From NCBI GenBank assembly GCA_025054975.1, contig JANWZC010000001.1, forward strand, positions 1 through 38,261: a DNA stretch of 38,261 nucleotides, written 5' to 3'. Of this stretch, positions 28,123 through 35,390 are shown in pieces. The stretch's first letter is position 1. Every line of letters begins with the position of its first letter. A program made the position numbers and the translations under genes. The stretch comes from Raineya sp. Its GTDB lineage: Bacteria > Bacteroidota > Bacteroidia > Cytophagales > Thermonemataceae. The notes below the pieces were generated by a model. It was not told where the DNA came from. It ran no database searches and saw only the letters and a list, made by a program, of their open reading frames with translations.

Positions 28123-28147
28123 ATTACTTTTTAAGGATAGGCAAGAT

Positions 28148-28756
28148 TTATTTTTTGGTGGTATCGGCAGCCAAAGGTTGATTACCTGCTTTCAAATTAT
28201 CTCTGTTTTTAGTGTACATTGCGGGGATTTTATCTTTTCCGCCTGCTTTATTGATAAGTTCTTTCAAATCGTTGATTTCTTTTTCCAAATCTTTGACAAT
28301 TTTTTCGTGAGTGTCTTGTACTTTTCTGTGTTTGGCATCCAATACTCTTCTATCTTGTTCGGCTTTCTCGTAATTGATTTCGCCTTTCTCATAACGAGTA
28401 ATAACATTCTGCAACTCGTCTATTTCTTTCACAAACTCACTAATCATATCGCTATCTTCTTTCATGGTAGCTTGGAAGCGTTGTGTGATTTTATCAAAAT
28501 CAGGTTCAGGTTGGGGTTTTAGGGCAATGTAAAGATTTTTCAGGGTGTCAAAGTAATCCTGATAATCACGGCGTTCCATCTCCAATTCCTGATGCTCTCG
28601 GTTGAGTCCTGCGTACTCATCATAGAAATGCTTTAAGCGTTCTTGTTTTTGCTGTGTATCCTCTGTACTTCCACCCCCCATACCTCCCGAATTATCGCAA
28701 GCAACTTGCGAAAGTACCAAATAGGTAAGTATTGCGTAGAAAACAACTTTTCTCAT
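28148..28756 (-). CDS. Hypothetical coiled-coil lipoprotein
   Basis: Lipobox-like QVAC at residue 20, Gly-rich tether, and a helical charged body. Confidence 0.75.
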   Translation of the reverse strand: MRKVVFYAILTYLVLSQVACDNSGGMGGGSTEDTQQKQERLKHFYDEYAGLNREHQELEMERRDYQDYFDTLKNLYIALKPQPEPDFDKITQRFQATMKEDSDMISEFVKEIDELQNVITRYEKGEINYEKAEQDRRVLDAKHRKVQDTHEKIVKDLEKEINDLKELINKAGGKDKIPAMYTKNRDNLKAGNQPLAADTTKK

Positions 28757-28838
28757 AATTGTTTAGTTTTAAGGTTACTTTAAGAAATTTTTACTTAAAA
28801 ATAAGAAAACTTTGTGAGTTGTCAATATTTTTTGAAAA

Positions 28839-29480
28839 TTATTTTTGCAAAATAGGTTTCGTTTCTGTTTCAATTTTTATGCCTGTAAGGTCATAACGAA
28901 AAACTACTTTTTTTCTGGCAATCTGCTCCAAAGTAGGTTTGAGAATTAGCTCGGCATTTTTTTTAGTTTGTTCTAAAATGTTGCTTTCCAATGCAGTTTT
29001 AGCGACTTGTTTTTCGGCTTCTTTGTAGGCAGTTTCTACAAGTTGGGCTTCATCAAAAGTCAGGAAACCTGTTTTTACTTCATATACTCTACTTTCCTGC
29101 TGATTGACTTTCACATAGCATAATTCAGGTTTAGGAAGTTGTATAATCATCACGCTATCTTTTTCAAGAATATGCTCTTTCTTGATTTTAGTTAAGTCTA
29201 TGCAGCCCACTGCCTCCCCTGCTATAATCAATAAAGCTTTACTATCACCGCCTCTGTACCAAGGTCTATCTACCTTATACTCTAAAATATCTTTGAAAGT
29301 ATATTTTACAAGTTCTAATTTTCCCAGAGCCTCAATTTGTTCTAATGTCGTTTGATGTTGAATAATTTCTTTTTTACTACTCCCCTCAAAAATAGCACTC
29401 TTTACTCCTTCCCAAGCTAATATCAGTACCGCAAAAATTAAGACTCCACCGCCAATTCTAATCGTCCATTTGATTAGCAT
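28839..29480 (-). CDS. DUF4230 domain protein
   Basis: N-terminal TM, IEALGKLELV, GEAVGCIDL, LPKPEL, NILEQTKKNAE. Confidence 0.85.
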   Translation of the reverse strand: MLIKWTIRIGGGVLIFAVLILAWEGVKSAIFEGSSKKEIIQHQTTLEQIEALGKLELVKYTFKDILEYKVDRPWYRGGDSKALLIIAGEAVGCIDLTKIKKEHILEKDSVMIIQLPKPELCYVKVNQQESRVYEVKTGFLTFDEAQLVETAYKEAEKQVAKTALESNILEQTKKNAELILKPTLEQIARKKVVFRYDLTGIKIETETKPILQK

Positions 29481-29517
29481 GGATTTTATACGTTAATTTG
29501 CGAAAAATGAGTTTTTT

Positions 29518-30117
29518 ATGCTAAAAATTTACGCTGAAAATTTAGGAAAAAAATTTAACAATGAATGGATTTTTCGTAATTTTTCTTTTGAATTTTCGCA
29601 AGGAACAGCTACTGCTATTATAGGCAACAACGGAAGTGGAAAATCTACACTTTTGCAGGTAATTTCAGGAATTCTACCTGCTAGCGAAGGAAAAATTTTT
29701 TATGAATGGCAAGGGAAAAAAATACTTCCTGATAACTTTTATCAATACCTCGCTTGGGCAAGCCCATATATGGAACTTATTGAGGAACTTACTCTTACCG
29801 AAATGATACTTTTCCACAAACAAATGAAAGGTTTGAACACGCCCAACTTAATAGAAATTTTGCGTTTGGAAAAATCTCGTAATAAATACATCAAAAACTT
29901 TTCTTCGGGAATGAAACAACGCCTCAAATTAGGCTTGGCAATATATTCGCCTGTGCCTGCACTGCTTTTAGACGAACCAACTACAAATTTAGACCAAGAA
30001 AATATAGCTTGGTATCAAGCTGAAATGGCTAAAATTTTATCTGAAAAATTAGTGATTGTAGCTTCCAACCAAGCCGAAGAGTATCATTTTTGTCAAGCTC
30101 GTATCAATTTGCAGTGA
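29518..30117 (+). CDS. Stand-alone ABC ATP-binding protein (CcmA-like)
   Basis: GNNGSGKST, FSSGMKQR, LLDEP. SN is in place of the usual H-loop. Confidence 0.9.
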   Translation: MLKIYAENLGKKFNNEWIFRNFSFEFSQGTATAIIGNNGSGKSTLLQVISGILPASEGKIFYEWQGKKILPDNFYQYLAWASPYMELIEELTLTEMILFHKQMKGLNTPNLIEILRLEKSRNKYIKNFSSGMKQRLKLGLAIYSPVPALLLDEPTTNLDQENIAWYQAEMAKILSEKLVIVASNQAEEYHFCQARINLQ

Positions 30118-30120
30118 AAT

Positions 30121-30690
30121 CTATGCTTTGAGCCAGTTAGCAAGCATTTCTTTGCCGTATTCGGTAAGTATGCTTTCAGGGTGGAATTGAACCCCCCTAA
30201 CTGCATATTTGCGATGAGTTATCGCCATTACAAAACCTACTTCATCTTCAGCAGTAATTTGTAAGTCAGTACCATTCAAAGAACTTCTATCAATTACCCA
30301 AGAATGATACCTACCCACTTTGAAACGTAAAGGCAATTTTTGAAATAGTTTTTCCGTTTTATCGGAAATTATGACATCAGTAGCCACCCCATGCTGAACT
30401 TGGGGTAAATTGTAAAGGATTGCTCCAAATGCCTCGCCAATAGCTTGATGCCCCAAACATACCCCTAAAATATCTTTTATGGGGGCGTAAGTTTTTATTA
30501 GCTGAGGCATAATGCCCGCATCTTTGGGCAAACTGGGTCCAGGGGAAAGTAGAATTTTATCGTATTTGCTAACTTGCTCTAAATCAATTTTATCATTGCG
30601 AAAAACATCAAGATTTGTTCCTAACTCTTTAAGCAAATGCACTAAATTATAGGTGAAGCTATCATAATTATCCAAAACCAAAACCTTCAT
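30121..30690 (-). CDS. trpG: Anthranilate/aminodeoxychorismate synthase component II (glutamine amidotransferase)
   Basis: LDNYDSFTYNL, SPGP, GVCLGHQ, RYHSW, QFHPES. TrpG and PabA cannot be distinguished here. ATG 30690. Confidence 0.9.
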   Translation of the reverse strand: MKVLVLDNYDSFTYNLVHLLKELGTNLDVFRNDKIDLEQVSKYDKILLSPGPSLPKDAGIMPQLIKTYAPIKDILGVCLGHQAIGEAFGAILYNLPQVQHGVATDVIISDKTEKLFQKLPLRFKVGRYHSWVIDRSSLNGTDLQITAEDEVGFVMAITHRKYAVRGVQFHPESILTEYGKEMLANWLKA

Positions 30691-30764
30691 AAATGTAAAA
30701 TTTTGTGCCAAATTTTAGAAATTTTGATAAAAACGAAAAATATTTTGCGAGTAATGTGCGTTAT

Positions 30765-30842
30765 AGTTAAAAAATTTTGTTTAACTTTTACAAAAAAAAG
30801 TTAAACAAAATTTGGATTTCTGTTTAACTTTTTGTACATTTG
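30765..30842 (+). promoter_or_regulatory. sigmaA promoter of the ECF gene overlapped by a palindromic operator array
   Basis: TTTG(30811)-N20-TACATTTG(30835); perfect 18-bp inverted repeat at 30772-30789 / 30796-30813; third copy tgtttaactttt at 30821-30832. Confidence 0.7.
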
Positions 30843-30867
30843 TCTTCAACAAAAAAAAGAGGTGTGT

Positions 30868-31380
30868 ATGACTGCTCTTGAATTTAATAGACAATTAGTG
30901 CAAGCCTTAAAGGCTCTCAAGCCTTTTGCACTACGCCTGACAAAAGATTTGGAAGATGCCAATGACTTGCTGCAAGATACAATGTATAAAGCCTTCACCA
31001 ATCAAGAAAAATTCACGGATGGCACTAACTTGAAAGCATGGCTTTACACAATCATGAAAAATACGTTCATTACCAACTATCAACGTATGGTAAGACGTAA
31101 AACTTTCATTGATACTACTGATAACCTGCATTACATCAATAGTACGGCAAGTATTGCTCAAAATGCGGGGATTTCTTCACTGGCAATGCAAGAAATTACG
31201 CAAGCCCTTGATTCACTCGATGAAGTATATCGTACTCCTTTTATGATGTATTTCAAAGGTTTCAAGTATCACGAAATAGCTGAAAGACTGGGTATTCCTA
31301 TCGGAACTGTGAAAAATAGAATTCATATTGCACGCAAGGAGCTCAAAGATAAACTACTTAAATTTGGTTATCGAGGTTAA
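30868..31380 (+). CDS. ECF RNA polymerase sigma factor
   Basis: DANDLLQDT, NLKAWLYTIMKN (region 2); GFKYHEIAERLGIPIGTVKNRIHIAR (region 4). ATG 30868. Confidence 0.95.
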   Translation: MTALEFNRQLVQALKALKPFALRLTKDLEDANDLLQDTMYKAFTNQEKFTDGTNLKAWLYTIMKNTFITNYQRMVRRKTFIDTTDNLHYINSTASIAQNAGISSLAMQEITQALDSLDEVYRTPFMMYFKGFKYHEIAERLGIPIGTVKNRIHIARKELKDKLLKFGYRG

Positions 31381-31589
31381 GTAACAAATCGGCTCTAAAT
31401 AATACACGTTCGTTGGATATTTGGATTGAGAAATACCAAATATTATTGGTTAGCTATTGCAAGTATTGATATCAGCAAAGCTATAAATGCTTCTGCTTGC
31501 TGAAAGTAGTAGTTCATTTTGATAAAATGATTGACGGAGAAAGTACGTAGAAAGTTTTTGCAAAGAAGGTATAATTAGACTGCTTGAAT

Positions 31590-32546
31590 TTATAAATCTT
31601 CTGTTTCTTCTTGGTTTTGTGTTCCAATTTTAGAGGCTTTCTCGGAAAGACTTACTGTGCCATATTTCTGTTCTGTAAGATTGCCATACTGGGCAAATAG
31701 AGCTGTCCCCATAAGCATTGAAAAAATAAGATATGAAAGAAATAAGCCCAAACTAAAAAATAAAAGCATTGTTTGAATTGTACTTCCTCTGCCCAATCCT
31801 CCCCAAGATTCATACACCATATCCCAGATATTTTCTTTAAGGAATAAGCCTAAAATGATAGTTAAAAAATAAAAAATAAGAAATGTAGCGATTCCTATGA
31901 CTATACGTATGCCAAAAGTTTGCCACCAATAGCCTCTCACCAATTCCCAAGATTTTTTCAAAGCCTGAATGCCTGATAATTCTTCTTTGAGCGTTACAGC
32001 CCCCATAAGACACAGCTTATTGTCAATAAAAATGGTAAGTACAAAAAAAAGCAGACTCCAAATTATGTACATAAATAAACCCATTCGCATAACTAAAACT
32101 TGAAGGAATGTATCAAGCACGTAAATTCCGAAAAAAAATAAGTTATACACTGCATAAGTTACGAAAATTCTATAATAATTTTGAAAAGTAGCCTGGACTA
32201 CTGCAAATATTTTCGGAGGTTGCGAATGATTGTTTTCGTATAAAAGACAATAATTCAAAGAAATGCCTACGCTATACGCATACACAAGCAATACTATAAA
32301 GCCGATAATGAACGCTACAATAAAAAATTCAACAACGCTTATTCCAAGCAATGACAAAAAATAGCTTAAAAAACCAATGGGAAAAAATGACTGCACAAAC
32401 CAATAAATCAACAGTGCAATGGGTAAATGCGATAAGAAAATTATCAGAAAAAAAGATACAAAATTTTTCCCTATAAATTTGAAGGTAAAATATATAACCT
32501 CTCCCAAATCTCGGGGTTGGAAAAAAGAAAGCCGTTGATTGGGCAT
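31590..32546 (-). CDS. Polytopic membrane protein (GDPD-membrane-domain-like hypothetical)
   Basis: About 6 hydrophobic segments; PRDLGEVI..TF; ALKKSWELVRGYWWQTFG; QYGNLTE. ATG 32546 preferred. Confidence 0.75.
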   Translation of the reverse strand: MPNQRLSFFQPRDLGEVIYFTFKFIGKNFVSFFLIIFLSHLPIALLIYWFVQSFFPIGFLSYFLSLLGISVVEFFIVAFIIGFIVLLVYAYSVGISLNYCLLYENNHSQPPKIFAVVQATFQNYYRIFVTYAVYNLFFFGIYVLDTFLQVLVMRMGLFMYIIWSLLFFVLTIFIDNKLCLMGAVTLKEELSGIQALKKSWELVRGYWWQTFGIRIVIGIATFLIFYFLTIILGLFLKENIWDMVYESWGGLGRGSTIQTMLLFFSLGLFLSYLIFSMLMGTALFAQYGNLTEQKYGTVSLSEKASKIGTQNQEETEDL

Positions 32547-32602
32547 TAGAAAATTTGTTTTTTGCAAAAAAATGAATATTTTTGTAGAAAATCAAAGTAT
32601 TT

Positions 32603-33133
32603 ATGCAAAATTTTGGGACTTATGGAATTTTGATAATGGGGTTAAGTTTTTTATTGTTTTTTCATTATCGTTTTCCTATGGTCTCACAAGACGATAAAGA
32701 ACCTGCCAATATGGCAGGCATTACCGAAAGACATAACTATTGGCGAAGAGAATTAGGTTTGCCTCCGCTTAAATGGTCTAATCAGCTTGCCAAAGTGGCT
32801 CAAAAATGGGCAGATGAACTCAAAAAGAAAGGATGTAAAATGGAACATAGCACCAACAAATACGGCGAGAATATTTATTGGTACAAAGGCTCAAAACGTT
32901 CTACTCCTCAAAAAGCCGTAGATGCTTGGGCAAAAGAAAAAGAAAATTTTAATTTTGAAACCCTACAATGCAATGGACACTGGACTAAATGTGGGCATTA
33001 TACGCAACTCATATGGGAAGACACTAAAAAAGTAGGTTGCGGTGTTGCTTATTGTGGAGATGAAGAAATTTGGGTTTGCAATTACGAACCCGCAGGCAAC
33101 ATTGTAGGGCAAAAACCTTTCCGTAAAAAGTAA
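32603..33133 (+). CDS. CAP/SCP (PR-1-like) secreted protein
   Basis: HNYWR...PLKWS..LA, YGENIY, CGHYTQLIW..TKKVGCG, WVCNYEPAGN. Confidence 0.93.
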   Translation: MQNFGTYGILIMGLSFLLFFHYRFPMVSQDDKEPANMAGITERHNYWRRELGLPPLKWSNQLAKVAQKWADELKKKGCKMEHSTNKYGENIYWYKGSKRSTPQKAVDAWAKEKENFNFETLQCNGHWTKCGHYTQLIWEDTKKVGCGVAYCGDEEIWVCNYEPAGNIVGQKPFRKK

Positions 33134-33199
33134 GATTTTTTCGCATAAATCAAACTTTTTCTTTTGATTGAAGGTTAAAAACTAAAAGCCTTGCAATTT

Positions 33200-34585
33200 A
33201 TGCTACGAATTTCAAATGAAACTATCAACGCCAAAGAAGTTGAGAAGAAAGTATATTCTTTGCGTTTGGTGCAGACACCCAAAAGTGCCCGAATACTTAC
33301 ATATTGGATTATTGGGATTTTGATATTCATCGTGTTTTGTATGTTTTTGCCTTGGCAACAAAACGTAAGAGGTAATGGACGAGTTACGGCTTTTGCCCCT
33401 CAAGACCGCCCCCAAGATGTAGTGGCTGTGATTGCAGGGCAAATCAAAGAATGGCGAGTGCAAGAAGGACAATTTGTTGCACAAGGCGATACTATTCTGA
33501 TATTGGAAGAAGTAAAAACCGAATACTTTGACCCTGAACTTTCTAAGCGTTTGGAAGAACAAGTAGCCGCTAAAATTGAAAGTATTGAAGCTACTCAGAG
33601 GAACATTATAGCGATTGAAAGTCAGATTGCGGCTTTCAAGCAAGCACAAGCGGCAAGTTTGGAAAAAGCCAAAGCCAAAATTGACCAAAACCGTAATAAA
33701 GTTGCCATAGATAGTATTGAACTTTACAACGCTAAGGTGCAATTGGATTTGGAAGAACAACAATACAAGAATGCTGTTGAAATGGTAAAAACAGGCGTAA
33801 TAGCCCAAAATAATTTCCTGAAACGCGAAGCTTCATATCAGGAAAAAGTTAATAAGTACCAGTCGGCTAAAAATAAACTTCTTGCCAGCAAAGATGAACT
33901 TTATCAGAGTATCGCAGATTACAACAACATTTATGCGGATTATGTAGGTAAAATTAACAAGGCAGAAGCAGAAAAAAGTTATTATCAATCCTATTTAGCT
34001 AATGCCAAAGGCGAACTCGCTGAAAAACAAAATAAACTTGCTAGCATCAATATTCGCAATCAGCGGTATTTTATTTTGGCACCTCAATCGGGCTATGTGG
34101 TAAAGGCTTTACGAGCAGGTATCGGCGAACAAGTAAAAGAAGGAGAAGCAGTAGTAACTATTCAGCCTGCACAGCCACAAAAAGCTATAGAACTTTATGT
34201 GAAAGCTATGGATTTACCTTTGCTCACCAAAGGTACAAAAGTTCGGTTGGAGTTTGATGGCTTTCCTGCTTTGCAATTTTCAGGTTGGCCTGCTGTAAGT
34301 ATTGGTACTTTCGGGGGTGAAGTTGCTGTAATTGACTACGTGAATACCAAAGATAACAAATATCGTGTTTTGGTTCTTCCTGACAAAGAAGACCGACCTT
34401 GGCCTGCACAATTACGCATAGGTACTGGTGTGTATGGATGGTTTATGTTACGTGATGTGCCTATTTGGTATGAAATTTGGCGACAACTTAATGGTTTCCC
34501 ACCCAGCTTAGAAGAAGAACCTCGTGTAAAAGACGAAAAACTTCCTCCCAGCCCCAAAGAAATGAGAAAAGACGCTAAAAAATAA
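33200..34585 (+). CDS. HlyD-family membrane fusion (secretion) protein
   Basis: TM then LPWQQNVRGNG, biotinyl-lipoyl-like half motifs (IAGQIKEWRVQEGQFV; ILAPQSGYV), long coiled coil, FDGFPALQFSGWP, WYEIWRQLNGFPP. Confidence 0.9.
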   Translation: MLRISNETINAKEVEKKVYSLRLVQTPKSARILTYWIIGILIFIVFCMFLPWQQNVRGNGRVTAFAPQDRPQDVVAVIAGQIKEWRVQEGQFVAQGDTILILEEVKTEYFDPELSKRLEEQVAAKIESIEATQRNIIAIESQIAAFKQAQAASLEKAKAKIDQNRNKVAIDSIELYNAKVQLDLEEQQYKNAVEMVKTGVIAQNNFLKREASYQEKVNKYQSAKNKLLASKDELYQSIADYNNIYADYVGKINKAEAEKSYYQSYLANAKGELAEKQNKLASINIRNQRYFILAPQSGYVVKALRAGIGEQVKEGEAVVTIQPAQPQKAIELYVKAMDLPLLTKGTKVRLEFDGFPALQFSGWPAVSIGTFGGEVAVIDYVNTKDNKYRVLVLPDKEDRPWPAQLRIGTGVYGWFMLRDVPIWYEIWRQLNGFPPSLEEEPRVKDEKLPPSPKEMRKDAKK

Positions 34586-34609
34586 AAGGCGGAATGTTAC
34601 TTCCGCCTT
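34578..34609 (-). terminator. Intrinsic terminator-like hairpin with its U-tract on the minus strand
   Basis: aaggcggaa / ttccgcctt 9-bp stem (34586-34609). The minus strand continues ttattttt; the plus strand continues gacttc. Confidence 0.6.
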
Positions 34610-34816
34610 GACTTCATTTTTATGCTCATTTCTGTTAGTTGTTGAGGTGAGACTAAAAAAGTTTTTGCACAGACTCACAAAGTCGTTATGTCTTTGGCAA
34701 GTTTGTCTTAGATTGTTCTGAAAATCCACAAAATGTAAGCAAAAACAAAGATTTTTTCGCTACTCTTTTTTGAAAACCCAAAAATCTTGTGCAACTTGCG
34801 GCAAAAAACAAGAATT

Positions 34817-35236
34817 ATGGCAGGAAATAGAACTTTTTCAATGATTAAACCTGATGCTGTACAGGCAGGAAAGATTGGTGCAATTCTTAAAATGATAGAA
34901 GAAGCAGGTTTTCGGATTGCCGCTATGCGAATGACTAAACTTTCTAAACAAAGAGCAGGGCAATTTTATGCCGTGCATAAAGAAAGACCTTTTTACAACG
35001 ACCTTTGTGAATATATGTCTTCGGGGCATATTGTAGCCTTGATTTTAGAAAAAGAAAATGCAGTTGCCGATTTTCGCAAACTTATCGGGGCTACTGACCC
35101 TGCCAAAGCCGAAGAAGGTACTATTCGCAAACTTTTTGCTAAGTCTATTGAAGCCAATGCTATTCATGGCTCTGATTCTGACGAGAACGCTGAAATAGAA
35201 GCCGCCTTCTTTTTCTCCAAAATGCAACAATACTAA
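34817..35236 (+). CDS. ndk: Nucleoside diphosphate kinase
   Basis: [37 protein letters not shown] 34817. Confidence 0.98.
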   Translation: MAGNRTFSMIKPDAVQAGKIGAILKMIEEAGFRIAAMRMTKLSKQRAGQFYAVHKERPFYNDLCEYMSSGHIVALILEKENAVADFRKLIGATDPAKAEEGTIRKLFAKSIEANAIHGSDSDENAEIEAAFFFSKMQQY

Positions 35237-35270
35237 TTAGAGTTAGACTCAAACAGAGGAAATTCATTAC

Positions 35271-35300
35271 AGAGCTAATCTTGAAAGGTTAGCTCTTTTC
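35271..35300 (+). terminator. Intrinsic terminator after ndk
   Basis: agagctaatc / ggttagctct stem followed by tttc. Confidence 0.65.
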
Positions 35301-35311
35301 TACAATATATG

Positions 35312-35380
35312 CAAACCTCAAACTTCAAACTCTAATCCCATTTTTTGAACTTCAAACCTACAAACCTTGTAACCCAAAAT
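35312..35380. repeat. Degenerate heptamer tandem repeats
   Basis: caaacct-caaactt-caaactc-taatccc, then tgaactt-caaacct-(a)caaacct-tgtaacc. Confidence 0.6.
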
Positions 35381-35390
35381 CTTTGGATAT

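Noticed and set aside
28085-28147. 6S RNA (ssrS) upstream of 5-FTHF cyclo-ligase, as in the ssrS-ygfA arrangement
   Set aside because: Only 63 bp are available and a terminator hairpin occupies them.
29518-34585. ABC ATPase (29518) plus HlyD (33200) as one transporter
   Set aside because: They are separated by four unrelated genes in mixed orientation, and the ATPase has no membrane domain.
8211-35380. Short repeats as a CRISPR array or transposon ends
   Set aside because: No regularly spaced 23-47-bp repeats with unique spacers; no cas, transposase or integrase gene in the window.
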